A stretch of 64,000 nt of DNA. Origin: Octopus sinensis (lineage: Eukaryota). Positions 40,002 to 52,684 of the stretch are shown piece after piece. The notes under the pieces are model-generated. The model saw nothing but the letters and a program-made list of their open reading frames with translations. It was not told the origin of the DNA and ran no database searches. How positions within the stretch are numbered: position 1 is the stretch's first letter; every line of letters starts with the position of its first letter. The stretch covers positions 48,794,001 to 48,858,000 of the forward strand of contig NC_043002.1 of the NCBI RefSeq assembly GCF_006345805.1, in the 5' to 3' direction. Made by a program: the position numbers and the translations under genes.

Positions 40002-40205
40002 CAAAATAAGCAACAAGAATAACTTCGGCAATTTGGTACGATCGTTTCGCACTACATCATTTCATTAAATGTTGTAAGTATTACAACAGTTTTAAAATGC
40101 TGAGCACTTTTAAAACTGTTGTAATACAACATTTAATGAAATGATGTAGTGCGAAACGATCGTACCAAATTACCGAAGTTATTCTTGTTGCTTATTTTGA
40201 TTATA
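39996..40205. repeat. near-perfect 210 bp palindrome
   Basis: The arms differ by one substitution and one 4-nt indel outside the central loop (TGCTGAGCAC). It abuts a long (TA)n tract. Confidence 0.9.
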
Positions 40206-40330
40206 ATCACCCCATGGATTTATATACAAAATTCTGGTGCATCTAACTTAAGTACCATATTCATTTGAATCTAAATTTTGCTGAACTTATATATCTCTCT
40301 CTCTCTCTATATATATATATATGTGTATGA

Positions 40331-40377
<47 letters not shown>

Positions 40378-41094
40378 ATATGAGCATATATATATATATA
40401 TATAGGTAAGCAGAATTAGTGGTTATAGTTACTGACTAAGGGATAACATATCCGTGTTTACTATCTATATCAGTTACCCTTGTTATCGCTGAGCATGGAT
40501 ATGCAGGTACACTTGTAGAGTGCAGATAACAATAGAATAAACAAAAGGAAGTGGGAATAGGAAAGAAAACATGGTCTATAGAAAAAAACCCGGAGGCCTA
40601 ATATATTAAAATCATACAAACTTCCATCATAGGGCTTCAAAGTTAGTAGGCAAAAGAATGATCTAGTAATGGTCTAGGGAAAAATTTTCAGATTAGTTCC
40701 ATATAAAGGGAAAACTGAGATGTTTTAAAAGTTGTGAAAAGAAGTTAGCAAAAAAAAATAATAAATAATACAAGAAAATTACTGACATGTCTAGAAAGAG
40801 AGCAGTATCTATGTTATCGTAAAAATCTCTAGCTGATATCTATCCAAAATAATACCATAAGGTTCTTATGATAGTGTACTTACTGAAATATTACAGAGTA
40901 CACCACCTATTGTCTGCAATGGGATAGACTGAAATCTAGTGATCTCTACAATTGGTCAATTATATTTGAACTAAGGGCAAAAGTCAAAACTGTGTCAATG
41001 GATATGTAAATAAAAAAATAAAAATAAAAGTAAGTAAATAAAGGATGCAGGGAAGAAGACTTTGATATAGGTGGAACGAGGTCACTTATGGCCT

Positions 41095-41698
41095 TCTGCA
41101 ACTTCTCGTCCACTGGTCTGGGACCCCAATCTTGCCCAGGATATTAATCGTCTGGAAACCACTCAGCGACGTGCAACCAAGAGAATACCCTCCATCAGGC
41201 ATTTGCCATATTCTGAATGCCTTACTTCCCTGGGCATGGATACATTGAAACTCCAACGTCTGGCAGCTGACTTGGCAGGCACCCATAAAATTATTAACCA
41301 TCTTACTAACAATAATTCTGAGCATCTTTTCAAACCTCACCTGTCTAACACCCGTAGACATGTTTACAAAGTCAGAAAACAGCACAGCTCCCATGACTTT
41401 CAGAAACATTTTTTCATGCTAAGAGTTGCTGGAGCATGGAACAAACTGCCGGCATCAGTTGTTTGTTATCAGAGCACTGCATCCTTCAAAACTTCAATGC
41501 TTCCTGAGATTCGCCAACACTACACCTGATTTTCTCCCCTCCATACACACGCAAGCATGTATCTGACTCATACACTGTTCACTTCCCAGACATTTGTACA
41601 TTACTGCATAAGCTTTATACGCACTTTTAACAAGTTGTGGTGCACCTGAGCACTGTATACAATAATTTTAATATTATTATTATTATTATTATTATTAT
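41095..41698 (+). mobile_element. CR1/L2-group LINE 3' fragment
   Basis: The ORF reads VWDP..AQDINRLETTQRRATKRIPSIRHLPYSE.L..LGMDTL...DL...HKII...TRRHVYKV.K...KHFF.LRVAGAWNKLP..VV...S..SFK, the post-RT CR1 motif set. It has a 3' UTR and an (ATT)n tail at about 41672-41698. Confidence 0.85.
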
Positions 41699-42189
41699 AA
41701 ATATATAGATAAATACAGTCAAACAAAATACTATGACATTTTATAGTTAAGGGGAGACAACTAAGAATATATGTAAAAAAACCTACTAAAATAATGTTGG
41801 CGTTTACATCCTAGATAGCAAATAAAAATTTGAGTAGTGGTAATAATGGGCAAACAAGTATGTATAAAGTACCTAAGAAAATTCCACCTTATAGGTACAC
41901 GAAAAGGCAAAATCCCAAAGCCACTAACATTTAAGTGATTCAAATTTAAGTCCAAAACACATGTTAGTACTATGAATATAATTCACATGTTCAGACAGTT
42001 TACTAATTATACTTAATATGCATTACATTATCCTAAAAGTAAGATTGTTTGTATTAAATTGAATACTTTAAAAATTATATTGACCCTTACGTAGGTGTAG
42101 TCCTACTAGATCCACCAACAAATTAGTACCATGAATACAATTCTCATGTTCAAACAGTTTACTAAATATAATCAAGAAGCATTATTATT

Positions 42190-42371
42190 TTCATAATTCT
42201 TTTAGAAGCACTGACTAACATCGGAAGTGGAAACGGCTGTAAGAATTGTTATGTCACATAAATGTTATATTATGTCAAATTTTGCTGCTTTTAAATAAAG
42301 CATATTACTCTACCTCTGGTATTTGAGTACTCTTTTTCCCACCTTGTTTCACATTTATGTGCTTACTCCAG

Positions 42372-42372
<1 letters not shown>
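42190..42372 (+). mobile_element. second-family hammerhead-like mini-element, decayed
   Basis: CTGACTA-A-CATCGGAAGTG-GAAAC-GGCT-GTA at 42211-42241. ATAATTCT (42193-200) is complementary to AGAATTGT (42242-49). The element ends at a TA/TG microsatellite. Confidence 0.5.
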
Positions 42373-42404
<32 letters not shown>

Positions 42405-42406
<2 letters not shown>

Positions 42407-42780
42407 AGCACTCCATAGTTATACCGGCGAGGGTTCCAGTTGAACCAATGAACTGAACAGCATGCTTGTGAAATTAACATCCAAGAGCACTCCACAGATA
42501 TGTGTACCTTTAACGTAGTTCTTGGGGAGATTCAGCATGGCACAGAGTATGACAGGGCTGGCCGTTTGAAAGACAGGTACAACAGAAACAGGAAGAAAGA
42601 ATGAGAGAAAGTTGTGGTGAAAGAATACAGCAGGGTTTGCCACCATCTCCTGCCATAGTCTTGTGGAGCTTTAGGTGTTTTCACTCAATAAACACTCACA
42701 ATGCCCAGTCTAGGAATCGAAACTGTAATCCTTTGACCATGAGTCCACTTCCCTAACCACTGGGCCATTGCACCTCCACT
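42405..42780 (-). mobile_element. tRNA-head SINE family D, full length
   Basis: The minus-strand head has an A box (TGGCCCAGTGGTTAGG) and a B box (GTTTCGATTCC). The body (CATGCTGAATCTCCC.AAGAACTAC.TTAA.GGTA) is shared with 7985-8180. Confidence 0.75.
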
Positions 42781-42823
42781 ATATATATATATATATATAT
42801 ATATATTCTTTTATATATATATG

Positions 42824-42859
<36 letters not shown>

Positions 42860-42889
42860 ATATATATATATATATACATATACACACAC

Positions 42890-42966
<77 letters not shown>

Positions 42967-43012
42967 ATATATATATATATATACATGTACATATATACAT
43001 ATATACACACAT
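42780..43012. repeat. compound (TA)n/(CA)n microsatellite
   Basis: Read directly from the sequence. Confidence 0.95.
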
Positions 43013-43884
43013 ATAACTTGGATCAACAGAGAGAAATAGAAAATATATATACAAAAACTTTAAATGGGTTGGTTGTTAGAGCTGATGCTTTAAAAAAAAA
43101 AAAATTTAGGTTTGTTTTCACTAGGATCTTTGGGATTAGTTTACAGTTGACCGAAATGACTAAATCAACAGAAGTTAGTTTCAGTCTACAATAGTGTACT
43201 ACTATTACTGTTTCTATTTGATAGGCAGAGAGCCCACTGACCTATCATTTAGATACTAAAAGGAAATGTTTAGTGAGATAACTAAGAATAAGTCAAAGGT
43301 TTGAAAGGTTTGTTTTCTTAGACGGGTTTACCTTCCAGGTGTTCAAATTTTCTGCAGGTACATCTTTTATCTCCTGTTTCTTTTCTCCTACTTACTTTCT
43401 CACTAGTTAGTGTATCTATCAGTTAATTTTTCTCTTCCTCTCCCTCTCCTTATTTTCTCAGTAAATTTGTTACTGGTTTTAAGAAATTTTGCTCACATAA
43501 TTTAGCTGACCACTGCTAGTCTTATAGATTAATAAAAGGAAGATAAATTAAAAAATAAAGATAAATTAAACAGAAAAGACAGAGTCCACAGTACTAATAC
43601 AATATCATACCTAAAAAAATAGAGAAGTGTCTGTGTGTGTGCAGGAGTGGGGGCGAGGTAATTTTTAAAATGAAATACGGTAGTTCATGTTTCTTCTTTT
43701 TTTCTTTTCTTTTTTGTGGATGAGAGTTGTGTTGGTAGATCCAAATGCTTCAAAACAATTGTACTTGTATTGTTCAATGGATCCCCTTTAAGAAAAGGTA
43801 TGCCACCAACATTCACCACTTTCTTGTAAAATGATAGGAATTTAAAGCCAGTTCCTGATCAATATTTTGACTCTTGTTTTGTTT

Positions 43885-44545
43885 TATCTTTTATCTTTTT
43901 ATTTGTTTCAGTCATTTGACTGCTGCCCTACTGAAGCACCATCTGGAAGAATTTTTAGTTGAATGAATCAATCCCAGTGTATATTTTTTTAAGCCAAGTA
44001 CTTATTCTATCGGGCCCTTTTGCTGGACCTCTAAGCTCTGGGGATGTAAACAAACCAACACCAGTTGTCAAGTGGTGTGGAGGATAAACACAGATGCAAA
44101 CACACGCACAAGCACGTGCACACATGTTACAACCACGTGTGTATATAAACATTTGCTTTCATTTTTAGGAGTATCAAATGTGTATCAGACAAGAAAGTGA
44201 TATTTCAAACACAGTATCCCTGTTAAAACGGCAGAAAAACTGCTTATTATTACCGTTGCAAGGTGGAAAGAGTTGTCAACAAACAGCCATATGTGTGTGT
44301 GTGTGTGTGTGCGTGCGTGCATGCATATGTGTGTGTGTGTGTATGTGTGTGTGTGCATGCATGTGTGTATGTGTGTGTGTGTACAACAAGCTTCTTGTTT
44401 CCGTCTATCAAATCCACTCTCAAGGTCTTTGGTTGGTTCAAGGTTATTGCAGAAGACACCTGACCAAGGTGGCACGCAGTGAGATTGAATCTGGTATCAT
44501 GTGGCTAGGAGGCAAGCTTTGTATCACACAGCAACACCTGCACCT
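43885..44545 (-). mobile_element. SINE family A, full length with expanded centre
   Basis: The 3' half is at 43885-44100 and the head/core at 44385-44545, with microsatellite and short unique sequence between. Confidence 0.7.
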
Positions 44546-44854
44546 GTTTGATAAACTTTCTTTTTTCATGAAAGTGGTTTCAATTTCTACACAGTACTAC
44601 TTTGCTAATGTCAAACAATAACAATAATTAATTTTGTAAACAATAAAAATTTCATGTGATTTAGTAAAATACCCAAGTTATCTATTGTTAAGCTGATGTT
44701 TAGAACCTAATTGTAAAATTGGTTCTTGCATCAGATTGTATTAGTATGTTTTAATTTAAATATGATAATGAGATTTTGTATTACTGAAATTGAGAAGTTT
44801 TGGTCAGGTTGACATCAAAAGGGTTAAAGTATTTAGTTTCATCTATTTTCTATT

Positions 44855-45315
44855 TGCTTCATTCATTGGACTGCGGCTATGCTGGGGTACCACCTTGAAG
44901 GATTTTAGTTGAACAGTTTGACTCTGGTACTTATATTTTAAGGTTGGTACTTATTCTATTGGTCTCTTTTGCTGAACTGCAAGATTACAAGGATATAGAT
45001 AAACCAGCACAGGTTATTGAGTGGGTAGTGGGGTGACAAGTACAATGACACATGCACATACATATAAATCATATAAATATATATATATATTTATATATAT
45101 ATATATATATATATATTTCTCTTAGGCATTGTGAGACCAATAACCTGATGTAGAACTGAAAATATATATGTATATTATGTATATATTTACACATGACAGG
45201 CTTCTTTACAAGTCTTTGGTTGGCCTAGGACTATACTGGAAGACACTTGCCCAAGATGCCGTGCAGTGGGGCTGAACCCATGACCACTTCTTAACCACAC
45301 AACCATGCATGCACA
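44855..45315 (-). mobile_element. SINE family A
   Basis: 3' half at 44855-45050, (TA)n linker, then head/core at 45195-45315. Confidence 0.7.
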
Positions 45316-45679
45316 CACACACACACACACACACACATGCACACACACACATGAACACACACACACATACATACATTATGTAATAATCTGTTTTATTTCT
45401 CATTGTTTCGGCAAAATCTAAACTTGGAATTTTATTAATAAAGTCATATTCTGTAATTTACTTCAAGTCAATCTATTTGATTTATTAAATAAATAGATAA
45501 AAAAAAATGGGAAAAAATCAAAACAGTAAAAAAAACATGTTGTATTTGAGCTGAAAATAAATTGCAAGCAAGGTTAGTAAAAAGGTGACAATGAATAGGA
45601 TTCCTAATGGAGAAAAAAAGATAATGTTTCACAAATATTTACCAAATTAAATTTGGTAAAAAAATCTTTCTAATTTTTG

Positions 45680-45870
45680 GCACAGTTCCAGCAATTTTCA
45701 GTGGAGAGGGACATGTTTATTACATGAATGGTACATTATTTTATCAATCCTGAAAGCGTGAAAGCCAAAGCTGACCGTAGCCAGATTTCAACTCAGAACA
45801 TAAAGAGTCAGAAGAAATACCACTAAGCATTTTGTTCAACTCACTAATGATTCTGTCAGCTCCCTACCTT
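45680..45870 (-). mobile_element. SINE family B
   Basis: Reverse complement of the family B head and core (GGTACATTATTTTATCAATCCTGAAAGCGTGAAAG...TTCAACTCAGAAC). Confidence 0.7.
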
Positions 45871-46084
45871 AATACTCATCATCATCACCATCATCGTTTA
45901 ACGTCCACTTTCCATGCTAGCATGGGTTGGACGATTTAACTGAGGGCTGGCGAACCAGGTGGCTGCACCAGACTCCAATCTTTTTACACATGCCACCGGC
46001 ACAGGTGTCAGTAAGGCGACACTGGTAACGATCATGCTTGGATGCTGCTCTTAGCACCCTGATAATAATAATTATATTTTATGC

Positions 46085-46295
46085 TATAGACACAAGCCCA
46101 GAAATTTGAGGGAGAGCACTCATTATTTACATCAACTCCAATATTCAACTGGTACTTAGTTGACCCACACTGAAAGGATGAAAAGCAATGTCAGCCTTGG
46201 TGGAATTTGAAATCAGAATGTAAAGCTAGAAGAAATTCCTCTGAGTGTTTTTGTTCAGGCTGCTAATAATCCTGCCAGCTCACCACCTTGAATAT
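46085..46295 (-). mobile_element. SINE family B
   Basis: CAACTGGTACTTA...GAAAGGATGAAAAGCAATGTCAGCC...GAATTTGAAATCAGAA...TGCCAGCTCACCACCTT. Confidence 0.7.
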
Positions 46296-48503
46296 AAATA
46301 ATAATATAACTACAGGTATCATGCTAAAAGGATTTTTCAAAATACTTTATTTTTAATTTAATTTTAATTAAAAACTTTTTTTAGGTTAGAGTAGATATAT
46401 GTTTATTTCTGTTACATATTTTTGTTGTTTGTTTCATAATATTAATGAACACTTGGAATCTTGAGAATCAACATAAATAAGTAAGTTATTCTGCTAAAGA
46501 ACTTGTCTGGTCAAATCTGCTAAAACCAGACAGATCTTGAAGTTAGCATTATTATGCTAAAGACTAATCATCAAAATGACTATTGTGTGTCTGAATATTA
46601 CTCAGTGTATCAGTGCTGAAAGATTTTGGAGTCAGAATGTCTGAGATCAAAATCTTTAAAATCTTGGAATCTAAAGAAGCCTGGAAAAATAGTTTGAAGT
46701 TTGATCAGGTCATCTGTTTATGAAACACAAATATAATCTGCTGGTATATTGCCAAATGATAGAAAGATTAGAGAAGTTATGGAACAATGTTCTGAAAAAT
46801 AGTTTGGATGTGTTATATTTATTACTAATAACTAGAATGGTTTGAATAAATGTCATCAACAATAAATTATATAATAAGTCTTTCATAACTTCTTTCTTCT
46901 TGCTATCTTCTTCTTCTTTGTTCTACAAATCTCTCATGCTATGACAACTGCAAACATGTAATTATTGCAGCAAATTGTGAAACAATGAACTGAAAAGATG
47001 GGAAACCATGAATTAAAAAGAAATTACATGTCCTTTGTGCTTTCAATTTTTAATTTATTTATAGTAAAATAAATTAACTTTTTCTCAAAGCCCACAACCT
47101 AGTATTTTGCTATAAACTAATTCTACTTTTAAAAAGGCATTTTACTAATACACCCAACATCCAGAATAATATTAATAAAGGAATAATATGCAAAAATAAT
47201 AGAAACATACTCATTTCTTTTATTAATTCTCATCACCTTATTAAACCTTATGATCTGACCATGATATTCTTTAACAAAAAACTAAATTATATAATTTGCC
47301 TATAAACACTATTATTATTATAAAAAACAAAAGCACACACACACACACACAGAGAAATATATAACAATTTTCTTAACCAAACTTATTTAAAATACATCGA
47401 AGAAAAGACTTCTGTTTATAGATTTACCATTTCTAGCAAATACTTGCATGTCTATTCATTCTAATATACTATACTGCTTAAAAAAATGTCAATGCCTCTA
47501 GTAGACTCTGAAAGACATTTAAATCTGATACATATAGTATGAGATATCTGAGATATAAACTTATTAATTAGCAAAGATGTTAGTTTTATTACAAATAATA
47601 TAGCTGTATGATCTGGTATATGTTGCCAAGAGATAGATGAACTGAAGAAATAGATATGTAGCTCAAATACAGAACAGGAAATGTGAAACATAACAGATTT
47701 GAACTCAGGATCTACGAGCTGGTACTCCTATACTACATCTGTAAAATGATATATAATAAGAAGGTAAGTTCAAACAATAAAAATAATTGCTATAATGAAG
47801 TTCAGATGTTGTTGGTTAGCACCCAGGTCAACTCTAGTATTCTAGTTCTTTTAAGATATGACTGAAATTACATTATTCAATGCATTCTTGTATTTTTTAA
47901 GGCTGTAGTGTGAGATTTAAAGGATATTTGGTTGCTATTTCTAGATGGTTAGGTGACCACATAAAGCTTCTCATTGACTTAATGAATCTGTGATAAATAT
48001 CAGAGCTGACCATAGAACTATGTGAAATGTAGCAGAACAGTGGGATATATATATATGATATAGGATGATCTGTCTGACTGGTTAACTCTATGCTACATAT
48101 CAGAGCAGGGGGTACGAGTAGTTGTGATACATAACAGTATTATACTTAAGAGTTCTAGCACTGAGATTGATGAAAGAACAGTTAGCTACCCACAAACATC
48201 AGACAATATTTAATCCAACATTTTTCTGATAAACTGAATATTAGCTATTTTCAAGGTTACAACACAAATTTGTTCAATCAAAAATCACTTCAAATTAACC
48301 TACAGTCAGGAGGATTTATCGCAGAGTTAATGTTTTTAGTGTAAGTTTTGAGTAAATTTGTGAAGCCCAGATAAACTGTCCTGGAAGTAAAAAGGAACAG
48401 GAAGATCTGAAAGGTAAAATTACTCAAACAACTTATATATCAGTATATTGTTGTATTCTGGTGATTTGAAGAAAGGATTTCAAAACTAATTTAAACAACT
48501 TAC

Positions 48504-48583
48504 CTGTAGTATATGAGTCCCTTGATGGGTTTCAAAAATTTCCATGGCGAGAGCATTCATATTCCGTCTTCGTAGAGGACCCC
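48504..48583 (-). CDS. trh: trachealess/NPAS1-3 linker exon (80 bp)
   Basis: Acceptor is TCTCTTTCACAAG| and donor is CAG|GTAAGT. Phase 1 to 0, compatible with the bHLH exon across a 678 bp intron. Translates to (G)GPLRRRNMNALAMEIFETHQGTHILQ, matching the Trh/NPAS3 'FExHxGxHILQ' motif. Confidence 0.95.
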
Positions 48584-49261
48584 CTTGTGAAAGAGAAGAT
48601 GTTTTGAATGAAAATAAAAGTATTGCTGTAAGTTATAAAACAAATTATGTGTACAGTGGATTATTTGAATTATGTAAAGGCAGTGTACAATAAATCTGAA
48701 TCTAAGAAAATTTCATAATTTAATTTCATAGTCCACTCAGTGCAATATTTCAAATATGCTAACTCTAACTTCACAGCTTACTGCATTTCAATTCTCTGAA
48801 ATTCAGGCACTTGCTTTCAAGAATTTGATGAACTGAGATGAACAAAACAAACATTTTAAGGTATAGTCAGGAGAGGAAGAAGGGCAGAACTAATGATCAT
48901 TTTTAGGACTGTCAAGATTGGAGGAAACAAGGGAGGAAGGCTACCTTCACATTGGATACCTAGCTCAAAATTCTTGCAACAGAATGAACTCCACTAAAGG
49001 TATCCATTAGACAGATGGTGGTGTTAAACCAGGACACAGATTAAGTCTGATGGACTTTCATATGGCTTCCATCTACCAAATATCATTCATATGAAGTTGT
49101 TCAGTCCATGTTTATGATAAAAAGTACTTAACCAAGATGACATGCAGTAGGATTCAGTTGAAAACCATGTCTTTTCAAAGTGAACTTCTAGCAACTAATA
49201 ATTTTGGTTTTCAAATGTTATAATTTACTCTGAAATATAATATATCTTCAAAAATATATAC

Positions 49262-49500
49262 CTTTAACCGATTTGTTTGGAGGCATTCCATCTCTCTGCC
49301 ATGGTGGATCACCATGACTAGAGAAGTCACGCAGCTTCAAATAACTGATTGAGAGACGAATTATGGAGGCTTTGTCCAGTTGGCTTGTTATGGCAGCTGG
49401 TAGAGGTAGTAATTTGGCCAACTCATAAAACTCATAATTTTCTTTTCCTCGACGAGAACGGGCAGCATCCCGAGACTTTTCTTTACGTAGTTCCAAGATG
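49262..49500 (-). CDS. trh: trachealess/NPAS1-3 bHLH-PAS transcription factor, bHLH exon (239 bp)
   Basis: Translates to (S)[79 protein letters not shown], the Trachealess/NPAS3 bHLH signature. Acceptor is TTTATTATAG| and donor is AAAG|GTATAT. Length is 1+79x3+1 nt, so phase 2 in and phase 1 out. Confidence 0.97.
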
Positions 49501-49639
49501 CTATAATAAAGACAAAACAAATATAAATAAATATGTACACACACACACACATACATATTAAAAAAAAACTTGGCAAGTCAATTTATCAGTTGTTCAGAAG
49601 ACTCCCTAGAAGAAAAAGCTTTGTTACATAAGGGACCTA

Positions 49640-50150
49640 AGGCACAGAGAATTGGCTGCAGTGAAAGCATAATAACCAAAATAGGAATGGTGTGTGTGTG
49701 GTGGGGTAAAATTCAAGGTGTTACTGTCTCTGCAGGTAACAATTGTCCTCTCCCTCCAAATAAAGGGAAAATTGTATGATATTTGAATTTGAAGTATTAT
49801 GCCACATAGTACTGAAACCAAGACTTGAGTGCTGAGGACCTGCAAAGGCTAGAAATAAATGAGGTGAACATGTTCTGCTGGACAGAAAATACAAAGGACC
49901 TGAGAGGAAACTACTTAAGGGGTCAGATGTATTTTGTAAGTATGAAGATTGCAATGGTATGGGCATGTTATGCATATGGATGATGACAGTTGCATAAAGT
50001 GCTGAGTGCTCAAAGTTCATGGGGCCTGGGAAGGAGAAAGATCTAAGAAGACATGGGGCAAAGTGATGAAAACTGACTACAAGATGCTGAACCTCACAAA
50101 AGAGATGACTAGAGAATCCAATAACTGGCAAGAATGGAAGAGAGAATGCT
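49640..50150 (+). mobile_element. old RTE LINE fragment (post-RT C-terminal region)
   Basis: Degraded matches to GCSESI..RI..GW.KF..LLPLL...KG.LY...MLHGSETW..EDL.RLE.NE..M, WYGHVM.MD.DSC and KTWGKV.K.D. Confidence 0.7.
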
Positions 50151-50659
50151 AAGAAAGGGAATGGTTTATGTGACCTTGATGCCTCAACCCACTTCTCTCT
50201 CCATGCTAGACTTTCAAATTAAAATTGTTAAAATTTTCTTGCTCCCAATTCTTCAACTTGAATAATCTGACCTGCTGTAACAGTTTAATTGTTTTTCTTG
50301 TTTTATAGAATCATGCTTCTAAGATGGGAGATATTGATTCCAGAAAACTAAATTAGAGTTGGGGTTAGGCATTAGATCCAGAACTATGTTTGGGATGTGT
50401 TTAGGGATAGTCTTGGGTTAGGATTTGAGTTTGGGATTAGCATTAGAATAAAGGGTTAAGGTTATGATTTAGGGTTTGTGGTAGAGGTAAGATTTAGAGT
50501 TAAAGAAGAAGGGAGAGTAAAATAAATTTTTTTCTTGAGAATTGGAATTACTCAGGTTTCATGTGGTTGGGAAGTGACCTTGTTAACCACATGGCTATGC
50601 CTGTAATTATCATACATACCATACACGTATATATAAGTGTGTGCTTGTAAATATTTTAT

Positions 50660-50895
50660 AATGACATTTACCTGGTGACCTCACTAGTGCTGATGGCATG
50701 GAAAAAACACACCTAGTGCATACTGCCAAAGTGGTTGGTTTTAGAAAGGACATCCAGCTATAGAAATCATGCCAAACCTTACACTGGAATTGGATGCAAT
50801 CCTGTAGCTCACTAGATTCTGTCAAACTGTTCAACTTATACCAGCATGGAAGAAAAACACATTAGATGATGATAATGATAATGATGATTATGATG
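50660..50895 (+). mobile_element. SINE-like family C
   Basis: GTGGTTGGTTTTAGAAAGGACATCCAGCTATAGAAA...CCAGCATGG...(GAT)n tail. Confidence 0.65.
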
Positions 50896-50953
50896 ATCAT
50901 GATCATGAGGAAGTAGCTGCATTTTATATATGTACAAATGCTATATACATATA

Positions 50954-51073
<120 letters not shown>

Positions 51074-51086
51074 CATCTCTCCCTCC

Positions 51087-51117
<31 letters not shown>

Positions 51118-51233
51118 CATATATATATGTATGTGTGTGTGTGTGAGTGTGTGTGTGTGTTATATAAATGCATATGATTTGAATATATATATATCTGTAT
51201 GTTTTTATATATAAATGTATAGATGTGCATATA

Positions 51234-52027
51234 CAGGATGGTCCAAAAGTAGGTGGATAGTAGGTGAAATAAGTTTGTGTATCAGCTATAACTATGGTAT
51301 TTGTGCAATATTATTTTAAATTTTATAACTAAATTTATCTAAATTAATCTGTTTTCTTTTCAGATAATTCAGAGAACCCATAAAGGCAAATAATTTAAAT
51401 ACTGATGAAAGAAAATTGGTATTAAAAGAGTATTGAAAATCTTAAAATGCTGAAACCATTAGAACAAAATGGGTTGAAATATTTGGTACCCAAGCCCCAA
51501 AGAGACAAACCATTTACTGCATTCATGACAAATTTGATACCACTGGCTCAAATCTTAATGCACCAAGAATTGCTTGACCCAAAACAGTCTGCACAGAGTA
51601 TCATAAGCAAATTGTCGCCGAAGCATTTGCTCACAGTCCAAAAAAGTCCTCCAGGAGAGCCTCTTTGAAATTGACCCCAATGGATTTCTTCTTTTGGGGA
51701 GTACTCAAGGACAAAGTTTATAGTTGAAAAACCAAGAAGTATTAATGATTTGAAAAATTACATAAGAGATGCATTTTAAGAAATTAATACACAAAGAGAC
51801 TTGTGCAAAAATGTTTGTCGAAACGTAAGGGGTAGACTTCAAAGCTATGTAAATTGTGATGGACAACAGTTTGAGAACCTATGTTGTTAAAATTTAAGCA
51901 CTTTTGTATTATTGTACATAATAAAATTCAATTGTCAATGTAATAAATGTATTAGTAAGTATAATTCTATATGTAGTCTCAAAATAAATGTTATCATTTA
52001 CTGTCTACCTACTTTTGGACCACCCTG
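51234..52027 (+). mobile_element. internally deleted Tc1/mariner element (maT/rosa-like)
   Basis: TA TSDs at 51232-33 and 52028-29. TIR CAGG(A/G)TGGTCCAAAAGTAGGT(G/A)GA(T/C)AGTA. C-terminal remnant LTPMDFFFWGVLKDKVY..KPRSINDLK..IRDAF...CDGQQFENL. Confidence 0.9.
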
Positions 52028-52684
52028 TATATGTTTGTATGTATAAATGTAGAATGAAGGCAGGGACATAGATAGGTAGGTATAATCTCTAACATATTTT
52101 TAAGGATGCAAATAATGAGTGTGCATACAAATTTATGTCATAAACTGATGAAAACTATATATTACATGAATCCCTGCATTTGATTTGATTTTTTTTTTAA
52201 CATGGAGAGACTGATGTGCAGACTACAACCGTATTTATATAAAACTTTGGGGATCACTTAAGTATGTAGATGCATGCAAAAGTTTATATAAGTAGATATT
52301 TATAAATATATACAGACTATTGTGTAAATAGACTTGCTTTCTCTATACATCATCTTAGCAATTGGTGTAAATGAAAATGTTTGTTCATCATGTTTTCTTA
52401 GGCGGATGCATGTAAATATATGCTATGCACACATGCAAACATTCAGTAAAAGAAGCATGTACATATAGAAAAGCACATGTATATAAATATATAAATATAT
52501 GTACTTGTGAGTAAATTATCAGGTAACTGTATAAAGAAAGAACTCTCTTTGCTGTCTTTTTTTAAAACTTACCAACCTATCCACCTACCTATCATCTATC
52601 TACTTTTCCATCTGTGTGCCTGTTTACCTGTCTGTCTATATACACAAATACACACACACTGCAAATCTGTTTACATACACATAC

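Noticed and set aside
43170-43260. Minus-strand hairpin GATAGGTCAG...CTGCCTATC followed by GAAAC
   Set aside because: The upstream motif is CTAAATGA rather than CTGANGA, and stems I and III cannot be formed.
49248-49556. The 102-aa ORF as a complete single-exon gene
   Set aside because: Its N-terminus is microsatellite and polypyrimidine intron sequence and its end runs past the donor. Only 49262-49500 is exon.
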